From NCBI GenBank assembly GCA_021325135.1, contig JAJPHT010000036.1, forward strand, positions 95,491 through 159,490: a DNA stretch of 64,000 nt, written 5' to 3'. The notes under the pieces are model-generated. The model was given only the letters and a program-made list of their open reading frames with translations. It was not told where the DNA came from and did no database searches. Numbering within the stretch: position 1 is the stretch's first letter; every line of letters begins with the position of its first letter. The position numbers were made by a program, and so were the translations under genes. Source of the stretch: Pseudomonadota bacterium (GTDB taxonomy: Archaea > Thermoplasmatota > SW-10-69-26 > JACQPN01 > JAJPHT01). Positions 18,478 to 27,164 of this stretch are shown one piece after another.

Positions 18478-18493
18478 CCGCGATTCGCCAACC

Positions 18494-18566
18494 AGCCCCA
18501 TGGTCTAGTGGCCAATGATTCGGGACTTTGGATCCTGCGACCTCGGTTCGAATCCGAGTGGGGCTA
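18494..18566 (+). tRNA. tRNA-Gln(TTG)
   Basis: AGCCCCA..CGGGA CTTTGGA TCCTG..CTCGG TTCGAAT CCGAG TGGGGCT A; A1-U72 pair typical of archaeal tRNA-Gln. Confidence 0.97.
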
Positions 18567-18647
18567 TCATCCGGTTACGGGTGAGGATAAGCCGAAACCA
18601 TCAGCGATTTGCCAGCCAGGTCGGCGGACCGGAAAGGGGTGCAGGCG

Positions 18648-18842
18648 ATGAGGCGCGGCTTGGCTGGCGTCTACATACGCGAGCCGCGGCGCCTCCCTGA
18701 GTGGCTGCGCGCACTCTACGACGACAAACTGCTCGCGGTAGTCACGTCGCAGGGCGAGGAGAAGACCGCTCGTCACGTTCTCGGCGAGCGTGAGAAGGGG
18801 CTTCGCTATGACTCTAGTGGCCTGCACCCTCGTAGCATGTGA
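18648..18842 (+). CDS. Short hypothetical ORF or gene remnant at the island left end
   Basis: 64-aa ORF with a purine-rich stretch upstream; no family recognised. Confidence 0.3.
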   Translation: MRRGLAGVYIREPRRLPEWLRALYDDKLLAVVTSQGEEKTARHVLGEREKGLRYDSSGLHPRSM

Positions 18843-18843
18843 G

Positions 18844-19953
18844 TTATTGGTCCTCATCTTCGTACTTGGAGAACAGGTTGATCCGCTCGAGTTCGTCGAG
18901 CTCACCGAGGTCCGTATCTTTGACTTGAATTGGGAGGATTTCTGCGTTTAGGAGCTTGCCATCAGGGCCGATGAGTGCCTGGATCGTGAAAGTGAGCGTG
19001 CCGCTTTCGTATTCGTGAATCGGAGGCTCGTGAGGATCGCTCACGTCATAGGCGCCGAGGACGTACATGGGCGCTCCGAGCTGGACGAGGATATTCCCGT
19101 CGCCCACATCGCGGGCCCATTCGACGTTTCCAAGCGAAGGCGAGTGTCTCTCGATGATGTTGTCATCTCCGATGTCGTCACCCAGCTCGGAGAATGTTGT
19201 CACACCGGCAAGGTGTTGGTTCAGGGCGCGTAGGAGGTCGTCTTTGGCAAGTGGGTAGGCTTTGTCGAAGGGTTGCCCTACGGCCGTGTTCACCATGTTG
19301 AGCATGGGACCAATGTGGCTTGCAATGAGGTGATGGACGTCCTTGACAAGGATGATTTTCGCCTTTGCTTTCTCGGCTTCGGCGGCGAGTAGTTCGTCGA
19401 GGCTGCCGTCCTTGTTGGCGAAGTCTGTGGTGTTGTTGGTGACGAAAAAGATCTGCCCAGGCTCTTCCTCCTGCGCGTACTCAAGGATGGAGTGCCAAAT
19501 CAGCGCGTCTCGGTAGCCGCTGCCATCGGGTTTGAAGGGTTTTCCGTGACGGAATTCGCGGCGCAGAAGGTCCTCGTGGCTTACTTCCGGGATGCCAAGG
19601 ATACTAAAGTCGCAGCCTTCGGCTGCGCTCCAGATCGCTTTCTCAATGGCCTTGGTCACTTCCTTACGGTCGGGCTTAGGCCATTCGGGTCCGGGGAGGC
19701 CGATTTGCCGGCTCGCGCGAAGCGCTCGGCTCACGGCCTCATGGTGGGTTTTCGTCTCGGTCCAACCGCCGCGCGCGAGTTCCATCATGACCACGAACGG
19801 AAGGCGGACGATGATCCCTGCTTTCGCGGCTGGCTTGGCCAGGTTGGCGAGGGGGGCGAGGTTCAGTCTCTTCTCGTGGCCGCGTAACGCGGTGGAGTCG
19901 AGGATGACCGTGATTGGAGCGGCCGCTCGTTCGGGTCGTCGATGCGCGCTCAC
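18844..19953 (-). CDS. PIN-like domain protein (DUF4935 type)
   Basis: VILDST, VVMMEL, KPFK..GYRDALIW and FVTNNTTDF give the acidic PIN tetrad pattern. Confidence 0.8.
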   Translation of the reverse strand: MSAHRRPERAAAPITVILDSTALRGHEKRLNLAPLANLAKPAAKAGIIVRLPFVVMMELARGGWTETKTHHEAVSRALRASRQIGLPGPEWPKPDRKEVTKAIEKAIWSAAEGCDFSILGIPEVSHEDLLRREFRHGKPFKPDGSGYRDALIWHSILEYAQEEEPGQIFFVTNNTTDFANKDGSLDELLAAEAEKAKAKIILVKDVHHLIASHIGPMLNMVNTAVGQPFDKAYPLAKDDLLRALNQHLAGVTTFSELGDDIGDDNIIERHSPSLGNVEWARDVGDGNILVQLGAPMYVLGAYDVSDPHEPPIHEYESGTLTFTIQALIGPDGKLLNAEILPIQVKDTDLGELDELERINLFSKYEDEDQ

Positions 19954-20034
19954 GCGGGCCGCAGAGTCGTGGAGGTACTAAGAAATCTTCGTGAAGCAGC
20001 CTTGTGGGCGTTCGCCATGGCGGGTTGGCATGCC

Positions 20035-21114
20035 TTAGAGCGATGATAGCCAGTCTCCAAGGCTGATCAGCCGACCCGTCTCAAGCTGTTCGGCGACTGC
20101 CTCTACGCTCCGCCGAACACGGTTGTCTTTTGAACCCGCATAGGTAGGCGCAAGGCCGGCGGGGTTGATGTGAACGACCTTCGCGAAGAGGTGGTTGCTG
20201 CCTGCGACTTTGCCGCAAGCGCGAGCGAGGCGAGCTGGATCGAATTCGTTGGTAATGACAACGTAATCGAACGGCTTGCCCGTGTTGGCCTTCGTGTAAT
20301 CGAGGTAATCCGCCTCGAACTGCTTTTCACGGTCAGAGCGGATGCTCCACTTCGCCGTGACGAGGACGCGCTTCTTCTTTGCAGGGAGGATCGCCAAGTC
20401 GACCTTCTGGGGCTTGTCACCCTCTTCGGCGGGAGGTTGGAACCCAGGCAGATCGCCGAGCAGGCTGCGTGTCCGGACATCCAGTCCTCGAGTCGCCGCG
20501 GCCTGCGCCACGACGGCAGCGAGAACATCTTCGAAGCCCTCGCCGACGAGGTTCTTCCGCTTGTTCTCGAGTCCGATATGCTGCCGCGTAGAGCGGATGA
20601 CCTCGCCCCATTCTGTTCTCGAAGGAGTCGTTGCAAAATGGTGCGCGAGCGCCCCTCCGAGGATTTGTTCGAGCTTCGGATCCTCACCCGGCTTTGGGAA
20701 GTCCCTGCCCGCGTAAGGCGCCACCTGTTCGGCCGCGAGTGCCGCAACCCGCTCGCGGTTCGCATCGACGAAGGCAGCGAGCTGAGCGCTCGCCTTCCTG
20801 AACAGCCAGTCAAGCTGCGCACCCATCTCCCCAGGCGCCATGCGGAGTTCGCGCGCGAGCCAGTCGTGGAAGGCAAGCGACCGCGCATACCACGGTTTGC
20901 CCGGCTGGCACTTGTCGCTCTCGTAGCAGTGGGCAAGGCCCGTCGTAGGATCAGTCCACAAGAGCATCCTGTACAGGTGCTCCCAAGCGGTCACCGCAGT
21001 AAGCTGTGGAGTCTGCACTTCGCGGAAATACTGCTGGATCAGCCGCGCTCTATTCTGGGCCCCAAATGCCGCGTCAATGAGCGGGTCCTCGGCTTCTTCT
21101 TCGGCCGGACTCAA
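20035..21114 (-). CDS. Type II restriction endonuclease, NgoMIV/CCGG-family-like
   Basis: GEGFE, KVDL, TAKWSIRSDR (compare NgoMIV KWTIRSDR), VVITNEFDPARL; directly downstream of the MTase. Confidence 0.72.
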   Translation of the reverse strand: MSPAEEEAEDPLIDAAFGAQNRARLIQQYFREVQTPQLTAVTAWEHLYRMLLWTDPTTGLAHCYESDKCQPGKPWYARSLAFHDWLARELRMAPGEMGAQLDWLFRKASAQLAAFVDANRERVAALAAEQVAPYAGRDFPKPGEDPKLEQILGGALAHHFATTPSRTEWGEVIRSTRQHIGLENKRKNLVGEGFEDVLAAVVAQAAATRGLDVRTRSLLGDLPGFQPPAEEGDKPQKVDLAILPAKKKRVLVTAKWSIRSDREKQFEADYLDYTKANTGKPFDYVVITNEFDPARLARACGKVAGSNHLFAKVVHINPAGLAPTYAGSKDNRVRRSVEAVAEQLETGRLISLGDWLSSL

Positions 21115-21124
21115 CAGGTTCGGG

Positions 21125-22489
21125 CTAGGCCGCCAAGGTTTTCAACCCTTCTGAACTGAGCGCCTTCCGCAGCGAAGCCCGGATCGCTTGGGCCGCTGCC
21201 TTGGCAAGGAGGGGCGGTACCGCGTTCCCGACTTGACGGTACCGCGAATGCGCGGCGCCTTCACTGTGCCTTCCCTCGATCTGGCCGACGCGGGGATCCG
21301 TTGTGAAGGTGAAGCGGTCCGGGAAGGACTGGAGCCGGGCAAACTCCCTCACAGAGAGCGCGCGGGCATGCTTGTAGTGGTAGACGCAATCGCCCTTCGT
21401 GGTCAGGGTCCACGCCCAAATGCCTGGGTGGAGGCGGCGATATGCGTAGAAGTGGCGGCGAGAGAGCTTACCACTGCCGTTGTCCTGGCCCCACTTCTGG
21501 CCGCTGATATATCGCTCAAGGAGTTCGTCGGGAAGATCGCGGTGGTTACCGCCCGGCGGGATGCTCTCCAAGCGAATAGCGGTGTCCACGTTGATTCTCG
21601 GGACTTGGACGTTGGTAATTGTCTTGCCAGCGCCTTTCCGCATCTCTCGCTGGTAGGCCGTCGCTGCGGGTGCGAGTTCGGAGCAGGGGAGTTCGTCCAA
21701 GCGGTTGCCGACCGGTAGGCCCGCGAGGTCTGAGATAGCATCGGCCGCAGAGACGACAGACTTGTCTTCCTTATCCTTCAGAGCGAGAAGCACGTTCTTT
21801 CCGTCGAGTGGCGTCTGCGCGACGATCTTGTAGTGCGCCGGTGCGACGCCATTGAACCGCGCGAGGCTTACTGCGTCTGTTGCTCTGGTCCCGCGGAGTT
21901 CGGGCGGTTCGGTCGACAACTCTTCCCGCAGGCCAATGAAGAGAAGGCGCTTCCGAGTCTGGGGCACACCGAAATCCGCCGCGTTGACCACCTGCCCGCG
22001 CACCTTGTAGGCGCCGCCGATGCTGAGGTCAGAGAGCATTTGTTCCCGCATCCCCAGCTCGTCGATGCCGGTGACGTTCTCCATGAGGAACGCCACGGGC
22101 CTTGCCGCTGAAATGACGTCGACGAATTCTCGGTATAGGCTATTGCGCGGGTCGTCAATCATGCGGCTGAAGTTGCGAACCTGCGAGAACGCTTGGCAGG
22201 GAGGGCCGCCCACGACAATGGAGGCGTCCTTTGCCGCTGAGAGGATCCGCTGCTTGATGGTGCTCTGGCGAATGTCGCCGGTGACTACGTCAGCACCTGG
22301 AAAGTTCAGCGCATATGTGGCCGTGGCATCTGGATCATAGTCGGAGCCGGCGATGATTTTGAAACCTGCCTGCCGGAAGCCCTCGGAGATGCCGCCAGCG
22401 CCCGCGAAGAGGTCGACGACAGTTCCGCGGGAAGCCCGGTCAAAGAGTTCAGCGGCGTCTGGAGAAGCGCGCGCTCGCCGGGGAGTCAC
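21125..22489 (-). CDS. DNA (cytosine-5)-methyltransferase
   Basis: Motifs I DLFAGAGG, IV GGPPCQ, VI ENV, VIII QTRKR, IX RLQSFPD and X QVGNAVPP. Confidence 0.96.
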   Translation of the reverse strand: MTPRRARASPDAAELFDRASRGTVVDLFAGAGGISEGFRQAGFKIIAGSDYDPDATATYALNFPGADVVTGDIRQSTIKQRILSAAKDASIVVGGPPCQAFSQVRNFSRMIDDPRNSLYREFVDVISAARPVAFLMENVTGIDELGMREQMLSDLSIGGAYKVRGQVVNAADFGVPQTRKRLLFIGLREELSTEPPELRGTRATDAVSLARFNGVAPAHYKIVAQTPLDGKNVLLALKDKEDKSVVSAADAISDLAGLPVGNRLDELPCSELAPAATAYQREMRKGAGKTITNVQVPRINVDTAIRLESIPPGGNHRDLPDELLERYISGQKWGQDNGSGKLSRRHFYAYRRLHPGIWAWTLTTKGDCVYHYKHARALSVREFARLQSFPDRFTFTTDPRVGQIEGRHSEGAAHSRYRQVGNAVPPLLAKAAAQAIRASLRKALSSEGLKTLAA

Positions 22490-22776
22490 TTCCTCCCCCT
22501 CCCCTTTGCTTCACCTGGAGTGCCGAGCCACCGCTTGCCAGCGTCTGTGAGCCACACTCTCCGTACGGAGCCGTAGCGGTCTGTGTGCACGAGCTCCTTA
22601 GCTTCCGCCAGGTCAACGTATTTGCCCACGGTGTTTGCCGAAAGTGCGGCAGCCTGGGCGATGTCCTTCATCTTTTGAGGCTCAGGGGATCCGCGTTGAA
22701 CTGCTTCCAAAACCCGGCGGAGCTTGTCGGAATCGGGCATCGCTTCCTCCGTTAAGACACGCACCGGCATCTTCAA
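22486..22776 (-). CDS. Small winged-helix protein, probable RM controller
   Basis: KDIAQAAALSANTVGKYVD..VWLTDAG; its stop overlaps the MTase GTG. Confidence 0.7.
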   Translation of the reverse strand: MKMPVRVLTEEAMPDSDKLRRVLEAVQRGSPEPQKMKDIAQAAALSANTVGKYVDLAEAKELVHTDRYGSVRRVWLTDAGKRWLGTPGEAKGRGRK

Positions 22777-22912
22777 TCTGTGAGGTTCATTCGACTCTTT
22801 ATTCTTTGCCGTATAGGAAGAGCTTAGAGTTTCGAAGAAGAGCTTTCTCTAAGTGAAGGGATCCGTTTGCGGTGTGGGAGGGTTCAGGTCTGGGGAGCGT
22901 CCATCGGGCGGT

Positions 22913-23416
22913 GTGACGGACATCTGGGGCTCAGCGAAGCGGTCAGCTGTCATGGCGCGCATCAGGAGCGCTAACACGGGGCCCGAAGTTGTAGTACGTC
23001 GCGCCCTCCGTTCCATCGGCTTCGCTGCGCGACCGAGCTCAACGCTCCCCGGCAAACCCGATCTCGTCTTTACGCATGCTCGCGTCGCGGTGTTTGTCCA
23101 CGGCTGCTTTTGGCATGGATGTCCAAGGCACGGCCGGATGCCGTCCTCCAACCAGGGCTATTGGGTTCCCAAGCTGTTGGCGAACCGCCGACGCGATGCG
23201 CGCGTAGCTCGCCAGCTCCGCCGGGATGGGTGGAAAGTGCTCACGGTCTGGGAGTGCAGCATTGAGGCTGACGTTGCAGGCGTTGCGAGGCGGATTGCGC
23301 GCGCCGTCGACTCGCGCCTGCCAAGAGTCTCTCGCGGAGGTTCGAAGACGACGGGCGCCTCAGAGAGGTCCATGACATCCAACGCGCCCCGCAGGAACCG
23401 TAGGATCAGTAACTGA
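22913..23416 (+). CDS. vsr: Very-short-patch repair endonuclease
   Basis: TD..KRSAVMARIRSANTGPE, LPGKPDLVF, FVHGCFWHGC, GWKVLTVWEC. Confidence 0.95.
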   Translation: MTDIWGSAKRSAVMARIRSANTGPEVVVRRALRSIGFAARPSSTLPGKPDLVFTHARVAVFVHGCFWHGCPRHGRMPSSNQGYWVPKLLANRRRDARVARQLRRDGWKVLTVWECSIEADVAGVARRIARAVDSRLPRVSRGGSKTTGASERSMTSNAPRRNRRISN

Positions 23417-23471
23417 AGTTTTCGGCCCCATTCCGAGCGTTTGAAGCCGGGCCAGCGAGCTCTGGGGGCCG

Positions 23472-24090
23472 ATGGTTCGCGATCGGAAGAACCGCCTCGA
23501 AACGATAGGACCGCCACCTACCGCGCGTCCGCGGCTCGACGAGCCGTCCCGGCGCAAGTTGCGCCAGGCAATCACCAAAGCTACGAATACGCGCAGATCC
23601 GAGACTTCCTCCTACCTTGAACGTCTCGCAGAACATGCATTCATCGCGGAAATTATGCGGGAGGGCCTCGACGTCCGAGCGCAGCATGTCGAAGTCCTGC
23701 GGGCTGAAGTCGACAGTAACGGCTACGATCTCGTCATGGAAGCCAACAAGGCTGTCCGTTACATCCAACTGAAGTATCTATGAGAACGGCACGACAGCAA
23801 AGCAGAACGTTCACGAGAACCTCGGAACAAAACCGGGGGGCTGCGTAATCATCCTCCAGTGGTGCTACGATTATGCGAACGAGCGCCACTATCTCGCATA
23901 CCACTTCTACGGCGGCGCGCCTCGTGAAAGCTTGCCCTCGCTCTTGAGGTTCAAGAAGTCGAAGAGGACCAGACCGAACGCCGCAGGCATGAAGGCGGAG
24001 CGCGCCCATCACTACGACGTTCCGCACAGGAATCTTGTCGGAGTAGGAAGCATTTCTGCCCTCTACACGCGCCTTTTCGGCGAATCGTGA
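23472..24090 (+). pseudogene. Frameshifted PD-(D/E)xK nuclease-like gene
   Basis: EHAFIAE..EVDSNGYDLV..YIQLK stops at 23783. The +1 frame from 23776 stays open for 104 codons (..KPGGCVI..FYGGAPRESLP..KAER..LYTRLFGES*). Confidence 0.65.
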
Positions 24091-24157
24091 GAGCGCTCGC
24101 TCGGACCGCACATCAGGAGACATTGTGGCGGAGCGCGGCTGCGCTCGCTACCGCCAG

Positions 24158-24540
24158 TCACGCGAAGAACTGTGACGGCGAAAAGCCGCGCATACGCTCG
24201 CGCATGAGCGAAAGCGCTATCGGTCGCTCGTACTTCTTCGGGCTGGCGACGCGCGGCGCGTGTGACTCCTCCGCATCCTCGAAGTAGGCGATTACGTTGC
24301 TGAACGCCGTAGGCTCTATCAAGTATGCTGCGGCCGGCCGCACGAGTGCGGGGCCCTGCTCACTCAATCGTGCCGTCGTGAAGGTCCGCCCATCGCAGTT
24401 GACTACCGCCGCATTTCCAACACCAGTACTTGAGGATGCAGGATCTGCAGTCGGTGGAAGAAGAACCCTACGAACCCACCAATGCCTACGCTGAGCCCGA
24501 CGCCCAGCAGAAGCCCGAGGACCAACTCCGCCTCGCTCAC
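24158..24540 (-). pseudogene. Probable frameshifted membrane-anchored protein
   Basis: GTG 24540 overlaps the upstream TGA and is followed by a TM stretch (LVLGLLLGVGLSVGIGGFVGFFF). That frame stops at 24403 while another stays open to 24158. Confidence 0.35.
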
Positions 24541-24838
24541 GCCTTCCCCACCTCGCCCGGCTGCTCTTCGCCCGCTGCGACGTAGTCCTCCGTCCCAAGC
24601 TGGGGCATCACCGTGCTGAAGAGAACGATGCGCGTCTTCCTCATGCCGCGCTTGAGCAGCATCTTCGAGAGGATCTCCGGGCCTACCACGGCGGTACAGG
24701 CTTCGGTGAGGATGATGTCGGGCGCGAAGCGGTTGAGGTGCTCGCGCAAGACCTCCTTCTGGCACGCCGTCGAGACCCGCGCTCCAAGCGAGGCGCTACG
24801 CGAAGCTGGAGTGCCGGGACCTCATGGTCCTCAAGCAC
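24537..24838 (-). pseudogene. Degraded response-regulator receiver domain
   Basis: VLEDHEVPALQLRVA in one frame, then LGARVSTA..FAPDIILTE..RIVLFST in another. Confidence 0.4.
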
Positions 24839-24944
24839 TTGTGGATTCCAGTTCTAAGTGCTCGCGACCATCCTGCGGCGGTCATTGGAGGCCCGTTCTC
24901 ATGGGGTCCTCTGGACCTGGCGGATTATCGGGTTGGGGACCGCC

Positions 24945-24961
24945 CGGTTCGTGGGGCTATC
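24945..24961 (+). repeat. attR-like copy of the tRNA-Gln 3' end
   Basis: CGGTTCGTGGGGCTATC versus tRNA CGGTTCG[AATCCGAG]TGGGGCTATC. Confidence 0.7.
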
Positions 24962-25422
24962 CCGTTTCCGGAACCGTCGATGGGGTCGAAGGAAAAGCGC
25001 CTTGAGCCGTTGCGCGCCCGGAAGACCGCCCTGCGGCTCGGAGGCCGACGGAAGCGGATCCGCTTCGCTTGTCCGGATGATATGGAGTCCGATGGGTGAA
25101 GTTCGGCCGTCTCGCGTTCCTGGGCCAGGCTGGTGCTCCCGGCTCCCAGGCGGCGACCCCTTGGACGTGGGCACCCTTGTTGGAGCGCGTGGTGGGGCCC
25201 TCGACCCGAGTGGAGAGAAAAGGGCGCGCCGCCCCGCGGATGGGTGGAAAGGGCTCGTGTGCGCGAGCCTGGAAGGACGCGCGGTCCGGGGCGCCGTCGT
25301 CTCATCGTCGCCCGTCTTCACTTGGCTTCTCGTCGGAGGGGCACGGCGTCTCCAGCGGTCTCCGTGGGCATCCGCGTCTTCAGACGCGCGGGTTGATTTC
25401 CTGCGCGGGGCCATCCGGGGTC

Positions 25423-25641
25423 GTGCGCGCTTCCTGCCTTCGATGCGGCGCTCCGCTGATCCCCACCCTTGCCGGAAGGCTGGCGTGTCCACGCCTGGCG
25501 TCGTGCGGCCGAGGCGGCGTCGAGGAGCGGAGCGCGAGGCGGGCCACCCCGTCCGGCGCGCGCCTGAAGCGGCGGCTCGTGGCGGCGGAGCCTTGCTTCT
25601 GCGCCCGGTGCGTGCGGCCGACCCGCGCGGCGGCCACCTGA
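25423..25641 (+). CDS. Possible small Cys-rich zinc-finger protein
   Basis: From GTG 25423: CLRCG..CPRLASC..CFCARC; TTGATTT about 25 nt upstream. Confidence 0.4.
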   Translation: MRASCLRCGAPLIPTLAGRLACPRLASCGRGGVEERSARRATPSGARLKRRLVAAEPCFCARCVRPTRAAAT

Positions 25642-25645
25642 GGGC

Positions 25646-26644
25646 TCACGCGCCCGGGACGGGCGCTTCGGCGAGGATCGTCCGCACGACGTCGTGCGCC
25701 TTGACGCCGCGGATGCGCGCCTCGGGCTTGAGGATCAGCCGGTGGGCGAGGATGTGCGGGGCCAGGACCCGGATGTCGTCCGGGACCACGAAGCTGCGCC
25801 CCTTCATGGCGGCGTAGGCGCGCGCGCCCTTGAGCATGGCCTGCGAGCCGCGCGGCGAGCTGCCCACGTAGACGTCCGCGTGCTCGCGGGTGCGGCAGAC
25901 GATCTCGGCCAGGTAGTCCACGAGGGCGGGGCTCACATGGATCGTCTCCACGGTCTGCTGCATGGCGACGATCTGGCGCGGGTCGGCCACGACGCGCACG
26001 TCGGCGTCGTCCTTGCCGCGGGCGATGCGGCGGCGCAGGATCTCGGCCTCCTCGGCGCGGCTGGGGTAGCCCACGCTGAGCTTCATGAGGAAGCGGTCCA
26101 TCTGCGCCTCGGGCAAGGGATAGCACCCCTCCTGCTCGGCGGGGTTCTGCGTGGCCATGACGATGTAGGGCTTGGGGAGCTTGTGCGTCGTGCCCTCCAG
26201 CGTGACCTGGCGCTCCTGCATGGCCTCCAGCAGGGCGGCCTGGGTCTTGGGGGGCGCGCGGTTGATCTCGTCGGCGAGGAGCACGTTGGTGAAGACCGGG
26301 CCGCGGCGGAAGGTGAACTCGCTGGTCTGCTGGTTGTAGACGCTGGCGCCGGTGATGTCGCCGGGCAGCACGTCGGGCGTGAACTGGATGCGGCCGAAGT
26401 CGCAGCCGGCCGCGCGGGCGAAGGTGTTGCTCATGAGCGTCTTCGCCATGCCGGGGAAGTCCTCGAAGAGGATGTTGCCTCCCGCCAGGAAGTTGACGGT
26501 GACGAGGTCTAGGACCTCGCGCTTGCCCACGATGACCTTGGCGACCTCGTCGACGAGCGCGCGGCACGTGCGGGCCAGGTGCTGGACCTCGGGGGTCGCG
26601 GAGCGGCCGGGGGCCGGCGCGGGGCGCTGGAGGATCGCGGTCAC
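25646..26644 (-). CDS. moxR: MoxR-family AAA+ ATPase
   Basis: PGMAKT, RIQFTPDVLP, LLADEINRAPPKTQAALLEAMQE, ATQNP..YPLPEAQMDRF, GSSPR. Confidence 0.96.
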   Translation of the reverse strand: MTAILQRPAPAPGRSATPEVQHLARTCRALVDEVAKVIVGKREVLDLVTVNFLAGGNILFEDFPGMAKTLMSNTFARAAGCDFGRIQFTPDVLPGDITGASVYNQQTSEFTFRRGPVFTNVLLADEINRAPPKTQAALLEAMQERQVTLEGTTHKLPKPYIVMATQNPAEQEGCYPLPEAQMDRFLMKLSVGYPSRAEEAEILRRRIARGKDDADVRVVADPRQIVAMQQTVETIHVSPALVDYLAEIVCRTREHADVYVGSSPRGSQAMLKGARAYAAMKGRSFVVPDDIRVLAPHILAHRLILKPEARIRGVKAHDVVRTILAEAPVPGA

Positions 26645-26786
26645 GCGGAGCCAGAGGCGCGGGAGGGCATGGGGCGTGCCTTCGGAGTTTCCTGGGGGCT
26701 CCGGACCGGCCCGGAGATTCCGGCCGAAGCCCTTGAGCCCCCGGACGCGGATGCCCCTTCCGGCGCTCCGCTCCCCCGAAGCCTCC

Positions 26787-27164
26787 TCAGGCGGCGCGCC
26801 CTTTTCTTCTCCACCGGGCCCCGAGGCCGACGATGGCCGCGAGCGCGGCCGTCCCCGCCAGCGCCCCGAGGGCGAGCCACGGGCCGCTGGTCGCCTCGGT
26901 CCAGCCCAGCGCGGCGCCCGCCAGCCACGCGACGAGGGCGCCCCCCGTGGCGGCCGCGGCGACGAGGGCGCCCCGGGCCAGCGCGGCGCCCAGGCCGATC
27001 TGCCCGCGGGAGGCCGCGAGGGCGAGAAGCGCGAGGAGAGCGAGCAAAGCGCCTGCGGCGAGGCGCAGCATGGCCGAGGGCTGGAGCGCGCGCTCCGCGG
27101 CCGCCGCCAGGGCGGCGATCCCCACGAGGGCCGCGCCGGCCATCCACGCGGGCGGGCGCATCAC
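26787..27164 (-). CDS. Small 4-TM membrane protein
   Basis: GTG/ATG overlaps the DUF58 stop; about 125 hydrophobic residues ending RWRRKGRAA. Confidence 0.65.
   Translation of the reverse strand: MMRPPAWMAGAALVGIAALAAAAERALQPSAMLRLAAGALLALLALLALAASRGQIGLGAALARGALVAAAATGGALVAWLAGAALGWTEATSGPWLALGALAGTAALAAIVGLGARWRRKGRAA

Larger units (their letters stand above)
18558..24961. mobile_element. tRNA-Gln-integrated defence island (no integrase visible)
   Basis: Visible drop in GC and change in codon usage right after the tRNA; bounded by the direct repeat GTGGGGCTATC (18558-18568 and 24951-24961); restriction-modification cargo. Confidence 0.8.

Noticed and set aside
18648-18842. Integrase fragment at the island boundary
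   Set aside because: No recognisable tyrosine- or serine-recombinase motif.
24962-25420. Possible structured ncRNA (SRP or RNase P) in the gap after the island
   Set aside because: I could not identify conserved SRP or RNase P motifs by eye; an Rfam/Infernal scan would settle it.
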